Shown: positions 36,399 to 47,527 of the stretch, in pieces
How positions within the stretch are numbered: the stretch's first letter is position 1
How the letters are laid out: every line of letters begins with the position of its first letter
NCBI GenBank assembly: GCA_030680605.1
Contig: JAUXUQ010000012.1
Coordinates: 22,339 to 86,338 of the forward strand
Source: Gammaproteobacteria bacterium
GTDB lineage: Bacteria; Pseudomonadota; Gammaproteobacteria; SURF-13
Direction: 5' to 3'
Length of the DNA: 64,000 nt
Position numbers and translations under genes: made by a program
The notes under the pieces: generated by a model
Databases searched by the model: none
Told to the model about the DNA's origin: nothing
Seen by the model: the letters and a program-made list of their open reading frames with translations, nothing else

Positions 36399-36988
36399 GG
36401 ACGCCCTTCTTGTTCAGGGAAATCCTCTTTGTCGAGCCAGCCTTCAAGGCGCTGGATATACGGCGGCTCGCCGTTATCGAGAAACCACGAGTCAACCGCC
36501 CAGCGCTGCCCGCTGACCGACTCGCGGATCACGGCCGTCCAGTGCACATCCAGCACCCACTTCGAGCGACGCGCACGTTCCTGCAGCTCGTGCCAGCGCA
36601 GCAGTCCGTCTTGCTGCAACAGGCTGAGATAGCTGGTGGTGTTGGTGGATTCATCAATGCAATCCATCTGGCCCGGCAGGCCAGCACCGGCCACGTTGCC
36701 GCCCCGATCAGCCGAGGTACCGGCAAGGACACCGGTGAACTCCTCCAGTTGCGCGATGGCGCGCCGGATCATGGCACGCTCTTCTGCCGCCGAGGTGGCG
36801 GCCGGGGAAAACAGGGCGCGCGTGGACTGCCATTGCTGGTCACTGAGCCAGACAAACTGCCTACGGCTGCACTCGAAGTTATAGCAGACCTGCAGCCCCT
36901 TGAAGGCCGCGGCGTCTGCCTGCGCGCTACACACGGGTATTGCTCCGAGCAGGCAGCCCGTCACCAGCACGTATGGTATGCAGCTCAT
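36395..36988 (-). CDS. Exported hypothetical protein, paralog 2 (putative Cys-His-Asp triad)
   Basis: Signal peptide; [37 protein letters not shown]; ATGA overlaps at both ends. Confidence 0.8.
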   Translation of the reverse strand: MSCIPYVLVTGCLLGAIPVCSAQADAAAFKGLQVCYNFECSRRQFVWLSDQQWQSTRALFSPAATSAAEERAMIRRAIAQLEEFTGVLAGTSADRGGNVAGAGLPGQMDCIDESTNTTSYLSLLQQDGLLRWHELQERARRSKWVLDVHWTAVIRESVSGQRWAVDSWFLDNGEPPYIQRLEGWLDKEDFPEQEGRP

Positions 36989-37599
36989 GACGCCGGCGGC
37001 TCCCAGCCGTCCTGCCACACCCGTAACGGCAATATAAACGGCGGTTCCCCATTATCGAGAAACCAGGAATCCACCGCGAACCGTTCTCCGCTCTCGTTGT
37101 CACGTATCACCGCCGTGGTATGCGGCCAGCCGAAGATGAAAAACCCACGCGTCACACGGTCTTGTACGCTGTGGCGAGTGACCAGACCCTCCTGCACCAG
37201 CATCGTGAGATAGCTGGTGGTATTGGTGGACTCATCAATACAATCCATCTGCCCATCTGTGCCTACGCCCTGAAAATTGCGCCCCTTGTCATTCAATGTG
37301 CCTGCCAATGGGCCGACCAGGGTCTCCATAAACGCAATTCCGTGCGCGATATCCCTGCGCTCATCCTCGGCAGTTTCAGCCGGCGATGAAAATCGATCGC
37401 GCACCTGCTGCCACTGCACAGGCGTCAGGGACACCTGCGTCACCTCGCGGCAGGTATGCCCGGAGCAGACTGAAAACCGTTCCGGCGCAGGGTCCGTAAT
37501 GATATCCCCTCGCACGAAGGTATCTGCATAAACAGACCCTATCCCCCACACGCTGACACCCCATGCCAGTGCGAGAACAAAACTGTTAACACAGCGCAT
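36985..37599 (-). CDS. Exported hypothetical protein, paralog 1 (putative Cys-His-Asp triad)
   Basis: Signal peptide; [37 protein letters not shown]. Confidence 0.8.
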   Translation of the reverse strand: MRCVNSFVLALAWGVSVWGIGSVYADTFVRGDIITDPAPERFSVCSGHTCREVTQVSLTPVQWQQVRDRFSSPAETAEDERRDIAHGIAFMETLVGPLAGTLNDKGRNFQGVGTDGQMDCIDESTNTTSYLTMLVQEGLVTRHSVQDRVTRGFFIFGWPHTTAVIRDNESGERFAVDSWFLDNGEPPFILPLRVWQDGWEPPAS

Positions 37600-37605
37600 G
37601 GTGGG

Positions 37606-38052
37606 TTATGCCAGCTCAGTAAGCAGGCCGAGTGGATAGGTCTTGCCTGCACGATAATCATCGATACAACGCAGCACCATGGGGCTGCGCAACTGCTCAC
37701 CGAGCGCGCTCAGCTCATCGCGTGACAACCAGAGGGCACGCAGGATTCCACTGTCCAGGCTGCGCCCGGCCTCATGCTGCAGACAGGTGCCGCTGAAGCA
37801 CACACGCACGTAGGTTATGCCATTGGCCGGGCTGCGCCAGCGGTAAATCCCCACAATGGCCTGCGGCGCGAAATGCCAGGCCGTCTCCTCCAGTGTCTCC
37901 CGCACCACCGCTTGCAGCACCGTCTCGCCGTCGTCCAGGTGGCCCGCAGGCTGGTTATACACCACCCGCCCGTCGGCCTCCTCTTCCACCACGAGGAAGC
38001 GCCCCGCACCCTCCACCACCGCAGCCACGGTTATATGCGGTTTGTCGCTCAT
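37606..38052 (-). CDS. nudJ: NUDIX hydrolase NudJ
   Basis: PHITVAAVV, NQPAGHLDDGE..RETLEET, RSPMV; upstream of mnmA. Confidence 0.85.
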   Translation of the reverse strand: MSDKPHITVAAVVEGAGRFLVVEEEADGRVVYNQPAGHLDDGETVLQAVVRETLEETAWHFAPQAIVGIYRWRSPANGITYVRVCFSGTCLQHEAGRSLDSGILRALWLSRDELSALGEQLRSPMVLRCIDDYRAGKTYPLGLLTELA

Positions 38053-38088
38053 GGACAAAAAATAGCATAAAACGTAGACTATCGAGCA

Positions 38089-38898
38089 ATGAATATAAGC
38101 ATCGTCGGGATTGTAGCGATTCTGCTCTACCTCGCGACAGGGTTGCTCCTCGCCCTGCGCCTGTCACACGCGACCACGACCCGGCCCAGCAAACTGGGGC
38201 TGATCGCCATGGGCCTGATTGCCACCGGCCTGCACGCCTCGGTGCTGCACTCCGCCATCAGCACCCCAGAAGGCCTCAACCTCGGCTTCTTCAATGCCAC
38301 CTCGCTGGTCGGCTGGTTTATTGCCCTGCTGCTGCTGCTCACCGCACTCGCCAAGCCGGTGGAAAACCTGGGTATCGGGTTATTGCCGCTGGCAGCGCTC
38401 ACCCTGCTGTTAAGCGCCATTTTCCCCAGCCGTCACCTGATGCTGACTGACGGTGTATTCACAGGGCTGGATGCCCATATTCTGATCTCGATTCTGGCCT
38501 ACAGTCTGCTCGGCATCGCCGCCGTACAGGCGCTGCTGCTCGCAATCCAGGACTCCCACCTGCGTGACCGGCATCCCGGTGGTTTCATGCGCGGGCTGCC
38601 GCCGCTGCAAACCATGGAGGATATGCTGTTTCAGATCATCTCGATTGGCTTTGCCCTGCTCAGCCTGGCACTGCTGAGTGGCCTGCTGTTTCTGGACAAC
38701 ATCTTCGCCCAGCACCTCGTACACAAGACCCTGCTGTCGCTGCTGGCCTGGGTGGTCTTCGCCACGCTGCTATGGGGTCGCTGGCGCTTTGGCTGGCGTG
38801 GGCGCACCGCCATACGCTGGACGCTTTCAGGCTTTTTTGTCCTGATGCTCGCCTACACCGGCACCAAGCTGGTGCTGGAAGTCATGCTGGGACGCTGA
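38089..38898 (+). CDS. Cytochrome c assembly (CcsA/YpjD) family membrane protein
   Basis: AHILIS..AYS, LPPLQTME, QHLVHKT, GWRGR. Confidence 0.88.
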   Translation: MNISIVGIVAILLYLATGLLLALRLSHATTTRPSKLGLIAMGLIATGLHASVLHSAISTPEGLNLGFFNATSLVGWFIALLLLLTALAKPVENLGIGLLPLAALTLLLSAIFPSRHLMLTDGVFTGLDAHILISILAYSLLGIAAVQALLLAIQDSHLRDRHPGGFMRGLPPLQTMEDMLFQIISIGFALLSLALLSGLLFLDNIFAQHLVHKTLLSLLAWVVFATLLWGRWRFGWRGRTAIRWTLSGFFVLMLAYTGTKLVLEVMLGR

Positions 38899-39004
38899 CC
38901 ACCGCTCTGCCTGATGTGGCCGTGACAATGAGCTGCACCCACAACGGGTACGGTACACAGGCTATTTCAGCAACCTCTTTTCTCTGCCATACGGCCTACA
39001 CTCT

Positions 39005-40303
39005 ATGAATGATATCCCACTCAGCATTCTATTTAGCGCACTCACAGTGCTACTCTTCCTCTCGGCGTTTTTCTCCAGCGCAGAAACCGGCCTGCTCACA
39101 CTCAATCGTTATCGCCTGCGCCATCTGGTGAAAATCAAGCATCGCGGCGCGATGCGCGCCCATGCGCTGCTTCAGCGCACGGACCGGCTGATCGGCCTGA
39201 TCTTGCTGGGTAACAATCTTGTCAACAACTCCGCTGCAGTGATCGCCGGCCTCATCGGCCTCAAGCTATCTGGCGACGCTGGTGTCGCCATCGCCACCGG
39301 CTTGTTTACCGTCGTCATGCTGATCTTTGCCGAGGTCGCCCCCAAAACGCTCGCGGCACAGCACCCGGAACGCATTGCCTTCCCCGCCGCCTATGTGCTC
39401 GGCCCTCTGCTCAAAATCGCCTACCCGCTGGTGTGGCTGGTCAGCACACTGGCGAACGGGCTGTTGCGCGTGTTCGGCATCACCGCCACCAAGGGCGAAG
39501 AGCAGCATTTGAGTTATGAAGAATTGCGCACCGTCGTCAATGAAGCCGGCGCACTGATTCCGCAACGACACCAGAAAATGCTGCTGGGTATTCTCGATCT
39601 GGAAAAGGTGACGGTAGAAGACGTCATGATTCCACGCAACGAGATCACCGGCATCGACCTCGACGATGACTGGAACGATATCGTCACCCAGATTACCAGT
39701 TGCCCGCACACCCGGCTGGTGGTGCACCGAGGCGGCATTGAAAATGTAATCGGCCTGCTGCACCTGCGCGACGCCCTGCGCCTGCTGGCGCGCGACGGCC
39801 TCGACAAGGGGTCGCTGGTCAGCGTCACCCAGGAACCCTATTTTGTACCCCTGGGCTCGCCCCTCAATACGCAGATGCTGAATTTTCAGCGCCAGAAGGA
39901 GCGCGTCGGGCTGGTGGTGAATGAATACGGCGATATTCAGGGCCTGGTAACGCTGGAAGATATCCTTGAGGAGATCGTGGGCGAGTTCACCACCGGGCCT
40001 TTAACCGGTATCAAGGAGGTGCGACCCCAGGGCGATGGCAGCTATCTGGTGGACGGCAGCGTCACTATCCGCGACCTCAACCGCCTGCTGCACTGGCAGC
40101 TCCCTACCGACGGCCCTAAAACACTGAACGGGCTGATTCTTGATTATCTGGAAGCCATCCCGGAGCCCGGCACCAGCCTGCGTATCGGTAACTACCTGAT
40201 TGAAATCATCCAGATCACGGCCAATGCGGTGAAGACACTGACCATCAGTGTTCTCGCGGAACCCGAAAACAGAGAGGGGCAACCCAACACCACTGAAAAC
40301 TAG
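39005..40303 (+). CDS. HlyC/CorC (YfjD-like) CNNM-CBS transporter
   Basis: SAFFSSAET, ILLGNNLVN, FAEVAPKT, CBS pair, GPKTLNGLI. Confidence 0.92.
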   Translation: MNDIPLSILFSALTVLLFLSAFFSSAETGLLTLNRYRLRHLVKIKHRGAMRAHALLQRTDRLIGLILLGNNLVNNSAAVIAGLIGLKLSGDAGVAIATGLFTVVMLIFAEVAPKTLAAQHPERIAFPAAYVLGPLLKIAYPLVWLVSTLANGLLRVFGITATKGEEQHLSYEELRTVVNEAGALIPQRHQKMLLGILDLEKVTVEDVMIPRNEITGIDLDDDWNDIVTQITSCPHTRLVVHRGGIENVIGLLHLRDALRLLARDGLDKGSLVSVTQEPYFVPLGSPLNTQMLNFQRQKERVGLVVNEYGDIQGLVTLEDILEEIVGEFTTGPLTGIKEVRPQGDGSYLVDGSVTIRDLNRLLHWQLPTDGPKTLNGLILDYLEAIPEPGTSLRIGNYLIEIIQITANAVKTLTISVLAEPENREGQPNTTEN

Positions 40304-40331
40304 GCAAGACGGGCACAGCCCGTCTTGCCTA
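40301..40331. terminator. Probable bidirectional intrinsic terminator hairpin
   Basis: Perfect 13-bp stem TAGGCAAGACGGG-cacag-CCCGTCTTGCCTA between convergent genes. Confidence 0.7.
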
Positions 40332-40338
40332 ATCCGCC

Positions 40339-40422
40339 TTATTTTTTCTTTTTAGCCGCGGGCTTTTTGGTTACCTTGGCCTTTGCTTTTGCTTTAGGTG
40401 CTGCTTTCTTTGCTGCTGGCAT
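40339..40422 (-). CDS. 27-aa Lys/Ala-rich histone-H1-like peptide MPAAKKAAPKAKAKAKVTKKPAAKKKK
   Basis: SD AAGGAGGT 4 nt before ATG; downstream of nrdB and upstream of the hairpin; below the ORF-track length cutoff. Confidence 0.75.
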   Translation of the reverse strand: MPAAKKAAPKAKAKAKVTKKPAAKKKK

Positions 40423-40472
40423 ACATACCTCCTTGCTGGATTGAAGTTAAACAACTACTACGGGTACAACAC

Positions 40473-41636
40473 TTAATCCCAACTCAGCGCACCACCGGTC
40501 TGGTATTCGGTGACACGCGTCTCGAAGAAATTCTTCTCCTTGTTGAGGTCCAGTACCTCGCTCATCCAGGGGAAGGGGTTGGTAGCGCCGGGGTACTGTT
40601 CAGGCAGCCCTATCTGGACGCAGCGCCGGTTGGCGATGAATTTCAGATAGTCATTGAACATGGCGGCATTCAGGCCCAGCACGCCACGCGGCATGGTATC
40701 CACCGCATAGCGGTATTCCAGATCCACACCGGCACGGATCAGCGCCGCAATCTCGTTGCGGAATTCCGGCGTCCACAGCTGAGGATTTTCCAGCTTGATC
40801 TGGTTGATGACGTCGATGCCGAAATTCATGTGCATGGACTCGTCACGCAGGATGTACTGGAACTGCTCGGACGCACCCACCATTTTGTTGCGGCGACCGA
40901 AAGACAGCATCTGTACGAAACCGACGTAGAAGAAGATGCCTTCGGTAATGACGTAAAAACCAATCAGGTTGCGCAGCAGGCGCTGATCTGCCTCCAGTGT
41001 GCCGGTCTTGAAGTTGACGTCACACAACTCCTGCGTAAACGGCAGCGTGAATGCGGCCTTGTCATGCACGCTCGGTATCTCGCGGTACATGTTGAACACC
41101 TCGGCCTCGTCCATCCCCAGGCTCTGGATGACGTACTGGTAGGCATGGGTGTGCAGCGCCTCTTCGAAGGCCTGCCGCAGCAGATACTGGCGGCACTCGG
41201 GGTTCGTGATGTGGCGGTATACCGCCAGCACCAGATTGTTTGCCACCAGTGAATCCGCCGTGGAGAAGTAGCCGAGGCTGCGCTTGATGATGGTGCGCTC
41301 ATCGGGTGTGAGCCCGTGCGGGTCCTTCCACAGCGCGATGTCGGCGGACATGTTGATCTCCTGCGGCATCCAGTGGTTGCTGCACGCTGCAAGATACTTG
41401 TCCCACGCCCAGGTGTACTTGAACGGCACCAGCTGGTTGAGGTCGGCGTGACAGTTGATGATCTTCTTGTCATCCACGCGAATCCGAGACGCCCCCATCT
41501 CCAGATTCTCCACACCTACTGCACCCGCATGCGCGGCCACCGGCGGCGAGTCCAGCACTACAGCATCCGCAACAGCAACAGCACCCTTGTGCACGGCAAG
41601 GTTTGCGCCGGAAACTGGTTCATCCCATCTCAACAT
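40473..41636 (-). CDS. nrdB: Class Ia ribonucleotide reductase beta subunit
   Basis: [17 protein letters not shown] (radical Tyr present), [23 protein letters not shown]. Confidence 0.95.
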   Translation of the reverse strand: MLRWDEPVSGANLAVHKGAVAVADAVVLDSPPVAAHAGAVGVENLEMGASRIRVDDKKIINCHADLNQLVPFKYTWAWDKYLAACSNHWMPQEINMSADIALWKDPHGLTPDERTIIKRSLGYFSTADSLVANNLVLAVYRHITNPECRQYLLRQAFEEALHTHAYQYVIQSLGMDEAEVFNMYREIPSVHDKAAFTLPFTQELCDVNFKTGTLEADQRLLRNLIGFYVITEGIFFYVGFVQMLSFGRRNKMVGASEQFQYILRDESMHMNFGIDVINQIKLENPQLWTPEFRNEIAALIRAGVDLEYRYAVDTMPRGVLGLNAAMFNDYLKFIANRRCVQIGLPEQYPGATNPFPWMSEVLDLNKEKNFFETRVTEYQTGGALSWD

Positions 41637-41660
41637 AACTTTTCTCCTGAAAATACAGTT

Positions 41661-41709
41661 GCGAGTAGCGAGTGGCGAGTAGCGAGGGAAAGCCTTGATA
41701 CTCGCTACT
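41661..41709. repeat. Heptamer tandem repeat (GCGAGTA)x4 with inverted copy
   Basis: gcgagta gcgagtg gcgagta gcgaggg ... tactcgctact in the nrdA-nrdB spacer. Confidence 0.75.
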
Positions 41710-41713
41710 GTTG

Positions 41714-44596
41714 TCACTGACAAGCTTCACACTCCGGGTTGTCTATCGCGCAGGCCCCCACCAGCGCCGTCATGCCCACGGCGTTGAGCACACCCTCCTT
41801 GACGGTGGACTTCTCCACGTGCGTCGCGCCCATGGTGCGCAGGTAATAGGTGGTCTTGAGGCCGGATGTCCAGGCCAGCCGGTAGGTCTCATCCAGCTTC
41901 TTGCCGGAGGGTTCGGCGAGATACAGGTTGAGCGACTGTGCCTGATCAATCCATTTCTGACGCCGACTGCCGGCCTCGATCAGCCATTTCGGCTCGACCT
42001 CAAAGGCGGTCGCATACAAGGCCTTGAGGTCGGCGGGGATGCGTGCGATAGGCTGCACACTACCGTCGAAATACTTGAGGTCGTTCGCCATTACTTCATC
42101 CCACAGGTCACGCTCCTTGAGGTCGCGCACCAGGTAGGGATTGACCACGGTGAACTCGCCCGAGAGGTTCGACTTCACAAACAGGTTCTGGTAAGTAGGC
42201 TCGATCGACTGGCCCACGCCGCAGATGTTGGAAATGGTGGCGGTAGGCGCAATCGCCATGCAGTTGGAGTTGCGCATGCCGGTCGTTTTCACCTGCTCGC
42301 GCAGGCCGTTCCAGTCGAACTTGAGCGCGGCGCTGGGCTGCGTATCCATGGTCAAATGGCCGCCACGCTGCTCGGCCAGCAGGCGGATACTGTCGAGGGG
42401 CAGGATACCCTGGCTCCACAGCGAACCCTGGAAGCTGGGATAGGTGCCGCGCTCGGCAGCAAGCTCGGTGGACGCCAGGATGGCGTAATAGCTCACCGCC
42501 TCCATGGAATTATCGGCAAACGTCACGGCGGACTCTGAGGTATAGGGCAGGCGCAGTTTGTGCAGCGCGTCCTGAAAGCCCATGATGCCAAGACCCACCG
42601 GGCGGTGTTGCAGGTTGGAATGACGCGCCTGCGGTACGCTGTAGTAGTTGATGTCGATCACGTTATCCAGCATGCGCATTGCCGTGCGCACCGTACGCGC
42701 CAGTTTTTCCAGGTCGAGTCCGCGCTCACCGACATGCTGTGGCAGGTTGACGGAGCCCAGGTTACACACCGCGATTTCGTCCTTCGAGGTGTTGAGCGTG
42801 ATCTCGGTGCAGAGGTTGGAACTGTGCACCACGCCCACATGCTGCTGCGGGCTGCGCAGGTTGCAGGCATCCTTGAACGTGACCCACGGATGGCCGGTCT
42901 CAAACACCATGCTGAGCATCTTGCGCCACAGCGTCAGCGCCGGCAGGCACTTGAACACCTTCATTTCGCCACGTGCGGCCTTTTCCTCGTAGCGCACGTA
43001 GGCGGCTTCGAAGGCCTTGCCGCACAGGTCGTGCAGGTCGGGCGTCTCGTTGGGCGAGAACAGTGTCCACTCGGCGTTGTCATGCACGCGCTGCATGAAC
43101 AGATCCGGCACCCAGTTGGCGGTATTCATGTCGTGGGTGCGGCGGCGCTCGTCGCCGGTGTTTTTGCGCAGCTCCAGGAATTCCTCGATGTCGAGGTGCC
43201 AGGTTTCAAGATAGGCGCAGACCGCGCCCTTGCGCTTGCCGCCCTGGTTCACCGCCACGGCGGTGTCGTTGGCCACCTTGAGGAACGGCACCACGCCCTG
43301 CGACTTGCCGTTGGTGCCCTTGATGTGGGCGCCCATGGCGCGCACCGGCGTCCAGTCGTTGCCGAGGCCGCCGGCGTATTTCGACAACAGCGCGTTGTCC
43401 TTGATGGCGCTGTAGATGCCGTCAAGATCGTCCGCCACCGTGGTGAGGTAGCAGCTGGAAAGCTGCGAGCGCAGCGTGCCGGAATTGAACAACGTCGGCG
43501 TGGAACTCATGAAGTCGAACGAGGACAGCAGATTGTAAAATTCAATGGCGCGTGCCTCGCGGTCACTCTCCTTCAGGCTGAGCCCCATGGCCACACGCAT
43601 GAAAAACGCCTGTGGCAATTCGAAGCGGGTACCGTTGGAGTGCAGGAAGTAACGGTCGTAGAGGGTTTGCAGGCCGAGATAGGTAAACTGCATGTCACGC
43701 TCGGGTTTCAGCGCCGCGCCGAGACGCGCGAGATCGAATTCCAGCAGGCGCGGGTCGAGCAGTTCGAGTTTGACGCCGCGCTGCACATAGTGCGCGAGAT
43801 AGTCCGGGTAATGCTGCTGCATCTCGCCCTGGGTGGCAGTGACCAGGCCTTCGCCCAGAAAGCGCAACGCCTCGCGGCGCAACTCGTCCAGCAACAGACG
43901 CGCGGCGGCATAACTGTAGTTCGGCTCACGCTCAATGAGTGCGCGCGCGCTCATCGCCAGCGCGCGGCCGACGTCGGCCTCGGCCACACCGTCGAACAGG
44001 TTGCGCAGCGTGTCCTCGACGATGGCCTGTACCGACACCTCGGCCAGACCTTCGCAGGCCTCCTCCGTCAGGCGCTGCAGACGCTGCATATCGAGCGGCT
44101 GGCGGCTGCCATCGGGCAGGGTGATATGCAACGGCGCGGATGGCACCTCGGCCTGGGCGGCGGCCCCGGCCAGCTTCTCTTCGGCGCGCTCCCGGGCACG
44201 CTCCTCGCGGTACAGCACATAGGCGCGCGCCACCTTGTGGTGGCCCTCGCGCATGAGCGCGAGCTCGACCTGATCCTGAATCTCCTCGATATGCAGCACA
44301 CCGCTGCCCACATGGCGGCGGGTAATAGAGGTCGCCACCTGTGCGGCCAAACCACGCACGATCTGGTGGATACGCGCCGAGGCGGCGCTGTTACCGCCTT
44401 CCACCGCGATAAAGGCCTTGGTCAGGGCGACTTCGATCTTGACCGGGTCAAAGCTCGTAGCCTTGCCGTTGCGACGGATCACACGGAACTGGCCGGGGGC
44501 TGTCCCCGCCACATCGGTGCCGCCAGTCTCAGGGGGGCTCATATGTGCAGGTTCGGTACGGACTGCAGTGGATGGGGTAGTCTCTTTATGCTGCAT
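41714..44596 (-). CDS. nrdA: Class Ia ribonucleotide reductase alpha subunit, two ATP-cone-like domains
   Basis: VIRRNG cone, [40 protein letters not shown]-terminal CEACQ. Confidence 0.96.
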   Translation of the reverse strand: MQHKETTPSTAVRTEPAHMSPPETGGTDVAGTAPGQFRVIRRNGKATSFDPVKIEVALTKAFIAVEGGNSAASARIHQIVRGLAAQVATSITRRHVGSGVLHIEEIQDQVELALMREGHHKVARAYVLYREERARERAEEKLAGAAAQAEVPSAPLHITLPDGSRQPLDMQRLQRLTEEACEGLAEVSVQAIVEDTLRNLFDGVAEADVGRALAMSARALIEREPNYSYAAARLLLDELRREALRFLGEGLVTATQGEMQQHYPDYLAHYVQRGVKLELLDPRLLEFDLARLGAALKPERDMQFTYLGLQTLYDRYFLHSNGTRFELPQAFFMRVAMGLSLKESDREARAIEFYNLLSSFDFMSSTPTLFNSGTLRSQLSSCYLTTVADDLDGIYSAIKDNALLSKYAGGLGNDWTPVRAMGAHIKGTNGKSQGVVPFLKVANDTAVAVNQGGKRKGAVCAYLETWHLDIEEFLELRKNTGDERRRTHDMNTANWVPDLFMQRVHDNAEWTLFSPNETPDLHDLCGKAFEAAYVRYEEKAARGEMKVFKCLPALTLWRKMLSMVFETGHPWVTFKDACNLRSPQQHVGVVHSSNLCTEITLNTSKDEIAVCNLGSVNLPQHVGERGLDLEKLARTVRTAMRMLDNVIDINYYSVPQARHSNLQHRPVGLGIMGFQDALHKLRLPYTSESAVTFADNSMEAVSYYAILASTELAAERGTYPSFQGSLWSQGILPLDSIRLLAEQRGGHLTMDTQPSAALKFDWNGLREQVKTTGMRNSNCMAIAPTATISNICGVGQSIEPTYQNLFVKSNLSGEFTVVNPYLVRDLKERDLWDEVMANDLKYFDGSVQPIARIPADLKALYATAFEVEPKWLIEAGSRRQKWIDQAQSLNLYLAEPSGKKLDETYRLAWTSGLKTTYYLRTMGATHVEKSTVKEGVLNAVGMTALVGACAIDNPECEACQ

Positions 44597-44736
44597 ATTG
44601 TTTCCCCTTGGTAAAGCGGGCACTGTCGTGACAATGCCACATAAGTCTTTGAATATATTGGATAGTTCATCCAATCACCGCGAACAGCAACCATCGGACC
44701 TGATGGCCTTTTTGCAGGATACGCACTTGGCGCAAA

Positions 44737-44784
44737 CCACTACAAGATGGGCGTCACAGGATGTGATGACACTACATCTTGTAG
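44737..44784. promoter_or_regulatory. Tandem NrdR boxes upstream of nrdA
   Basis: ACACTACATCTTGTAG (44769-44784) fits the acaCwAtATaTwGtg consensus; weaker CCACTACAAGATGGGC 32 bp away. Confidence 0.7.
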
Positions 44785-44885
44785 TCGATGGCTGTCAAGG
44801 AGATTTGAGGGGAAATATGGCAGCGGCTATTACCGCCGCCCAAAGCCACGCCAGGCTGGCTGAAGTGGCCCCGAACGCTGCGGGC

Positions 44886-47462
44886 TCAGCGCTTCTTAAA
44901 CACCAGCTGCCCGTTCTTCACGTCTACGGCGATGGTGTCACCTGGGGCAAAGTGACCGGCGAGAATCTCCTGTGCCAGCGGGTTCTCGATGCTGTGCTGG
45001 ATGGCGCGCTTCAGCGGCCGCGCACCGTACACCGGGTCGAAGCCCGCCGCCCCAATCTGGTCGAGGGCGGCCTCGCTGAGTTGCAGCCCCATGTCGCGCT
45101 CGCGCAGGCGCTGACGCAAGGTCTCAATCTGGATATTGGCAATGGCATGGATCTGTGCCCGCGCCAGCGGATGGAATACCACCACGTCATCAATACGGTT
45201 GATGAACTCCGGCCGGAAATGGTTGGCCACGATCTCCATCACCCCGCGCTTCATGGCCGCATAATTCTCCTCACCCGCCGTCTCCTGAATGAATTGCGAG
45301 CCGAGATTGGACGTCAGCACCAGCACTGCGTTGCGAAAATCCACGGTCCGCCCCTGGCCGTCGGTGAGGCGCCCGTCATCCAGCACCTGCAGCAACACGT
45401 TGAACACGTCATGGTGTGCCTTCTCGATCTCATCGAACAGGATCACGGAATAGGGTTTGCGCCGCACTGCCTCGGTGAGATAGCCGCCCTCTTCATAGCC
45501 GACATAGCCGGGCGGCGCGCCGATCAGGCGTGCAACAGAGTGCTTTTCCATGAACTCGGACATGTCGATGCGTATCATGGCGTCATCGGTATCGAACAAA
45601 AATCCGGCCAGCGCCTTGGACAGCTCGGTCTTGCCCACCCCCGTCGGGCCGAGAAACAGGAACGAACCGTTGGGCCGGTTGGGGTCGGACAAGCCGGCAC
45701 GTGACCGGCGGATGGCATCGCTCACCGCCTTTACCGCCTCATCCTGCCCCACCACGCGCCCGTGCAGAGCCTCTTCCATGCGCAGCAGTTTTTCGCGTTC
45801 ACCCTCGAGCATCTTGGAGACCGGAATGCCGGTCCACTTGGACACCACCTCGGCAATCTCTTCCTCTGTAACGGCATTGCGCAGCAGCTTTTTCTCCTGC
45901 ATCTCGGCCTGGGTCGCCATGTCGAGCTGCTTCTGCAGCTCCGGGATACGCCCATATTGCAGTTCGGACATACGCGCGAGGTCACCCGCACGACGCGCGG
46001 TTTCCATTTCGATGCGCGCGCGCTCGAGCGCTTCTTTTATGTGCTGGGTACCCTGCAAGGCCGCCTTTTCCGCCTTCCAGATTTCATCGAACTCGGAATA
46101 CTCATGCTCCAGCTTGGTGATTTCGCCCTGGAGATTCTCCAAGCGCTTACGCGAGGCCTCATCGGCCTCCTTTTTCAGCGCCTCACGCTCAATCTTGAAC
46201 TGAATCAGGCGCCGCTCGAGCTTGTCCATCACCTCCGGTTTGGAGTCGATTTCCATGCGGATGCGCGAGGCCGCCTCGTCCACCAGGTCGATAGCCTTGT
46301 CCGGCAACTGGCGATCCGAGATATAGCGGTGCGAGAGCATGGCGGCGGCGACAATCGCGGGGTCGGTGATGTCCACGTTGTGATGCAATTCATATTTTCC
46401 TTTCAGGCCGCGCAGAATGGCGATGGTGTCCTCCACCGTCGGCTCGTCCACCAGCACCTTTTGAAAGCGCCGCTCGAGCGCGGCGTCCTTTTCAATGTAT
46501 TTGCGGTATTCGTCCAGCGTGGTGGCACCCACGCAGTGCAGCTCGCCCCGTGCCAGCGCGGGTTTCAGCATGTTGCCGGCGTCCATCGCGCCCTCGGCCT
46601 TGCCGGCGCCGACCACCGTGTGCAGTTCGTCGATGAACAGGATGATCTGCCCTTCCTGCTTGGCGAGATCATTCAACACCGCCTTCAGCCGCTCCTCAAA
46701 TTCGCCGCGGAATTTCGCCCCCGCGATCAATGAGCCCATGTCCAGCGACAACAGGCGCTTGCCCTTGAGCCCTTCCGGCACCTCGCCATTGACGATGCGC
46801 TGCGCCAAGCCCTCGACGATGGCAGTCTTGCCGACGCCGGGCTCGCCGATCAGCACCGGATTGTTTTTGGTGCGGCGTTGCAGCACCTGGATGGTGCGGC
46901 GGATTTCGTCGTCGCGCCCGATCACCGGGTCCAGCTTGCCCTGCTCGGCACGCTCGGTGAGGTCGATGGTGTATTTCTCCAGCGCCTGCCGCTGCTCTTC
47001 GGCGTTGGGGTCGTCGATTTTCTTGCCGCCGCGCATTTTTTCGATAGCCTGCTCGATACTGCCCCTGGCCGCGCCGCTCTTGCGCAACAGCTCGCCCAGG
47101 ATGCCTTTGTCTTCCAGCAGCGCGAGCACAAACAGCTCGCTCGAAATAAAGTGATCCTTGCGCTGCTGCGCGAGCTTGTCGGTCACATTCAGCAGCCGCG
47201 TCAGATCGTTCGACACGTGCACCTCACCCGCCGCGCCTTCAACGCTGGGCAGCCGATCCAGTATCTCGCCCAGCTGCGAACGCAGGCGGTTGACGTTGAC
47301 ATCCGCCTGGGTCAGCAGGTGGCGCACGCTGCCGCCTTCCTGATCGAGCAGCGCCGTCAGCAGATGTGCAGGCTCAATGAACTGATGGTCGCGGCCCACG
47401 GCGAGGCTTTGCGCCTCGGCGAGCGCGGCCTGAAACTTGGTGGTGAGTTTGTCCATGCGCAT
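44886..47462 (-). CDS. clpB: ATP-dependent chaperone ClpB
   Basis: [18 protein letters not shown]-domain coiled coil, [16 protein letters not shown]. Confidence 0.97.
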   Translation of the reverse strand: MRMDKLTTKFQAALAEAQSLAVGRDHQFIEPAHLLTALLDQEGGSVRHLLTQADVNVNRLRSQLGEILDRLPSVEGAAGEVHVSNDLTRLLNVTDKLAQQRKDHFISSELFVLALLEDKGILGELLRKSGAARGSIEQAIEKMRGGKKIDDPNAEEQRQALEKYTIDLTERAEQGKLDPVIGRDDEIRRTIQVLQRRTKNNPVLIGEPGVGKTAIVEGLAQRIVNGEVPEGLKGKRLLSLDMGSLIAGAKFRGEFEERLKAVLNDLAKQEGQIILFIDELHTVVGAGKAEGAMDAGNMLKPALARGELHCVGATTLDEYRKYIEKDAALERRFQKVLVDEPTVEDTIAILRGLKGKYELHHNVDITDPAIVAAAMLSHRYISDRQLPDKAIDLVDEAASRIRMEIDSKPEVMDKLERRLIQFKIEREALKKEADEASRKRLENLQGEITKLEHEYSEFDEIWKAEKAALQGTQHIKEALERARIEMETARRAGDLARMSELQYGRIPELQKQLDMATQAEMQEKKLLRNAVTEEEIAEVVSKWTGIPVSKMLEGEREKLLRMEEALHGRVVGQDEAVKAVSDAIRRSRAGLSDPNRPNGSFLFLGPTGVGKTELSKALAGFLFDTDDAMIRIDMSEFMEKHSVARLIGAPPGYVGYEEGGYLTEAVRRKPYSVILFDEIEKAHHDVFNVLLQVLDDGRLTDGQGRTVDFRNAVLVLTSNLGSQFIQETAGEENYAAMKRGVMEIVANHFRPEFINRIDDVVVFHPLARAQIHAIANIQIETLRQRLRERDMGLQLSEAALDQIGAAGFDPVYGARPLKRAIQHSIENPLAQEILAGHFAPGDTIAVDVKNGQLVFKKR

Positions 47463-47490
47463 GGCTGATTTCCGTTAAGGGTAGCGTTAT

Positions 47491-47519
47491 AGATAGGGGC
47501 GCCTGCTGCCGTTTTAAAG
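47491..47519 (-). promoter_or_regulatory. Putative sigma-32 promoter of clpB
   Basis: Minus strand CTTTAAA-N13-CCCCTAT resembles the CTTGAAA..CCCCATnT consensus; clpB is a known sigma-32 target. Confidence 0.55.
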
Positions 47520-47527
47520 TGGCCCCG

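Noticed and set aside
36395-37599. Calling the paralogs lapG
   Set aside because: They lack GDCEDYAIAKY, have no adjacent lapD and are 30 kb from the secretion genes.
40473-41636. Class Ic (Mn/Fe) ribonucleotide reductase
   Set aside because: The radical Tyr (HTHAY) and first Asp ligand (ADSL) are present, consistent with class Ia.
42560-44614. Long antisense ORFs (also 20544-22199, 18223-19494, 1767-2930 and others)
   Set aside because: Shadows of well-supported genes on the other strand, expected in high-GC DNA; no motifs.
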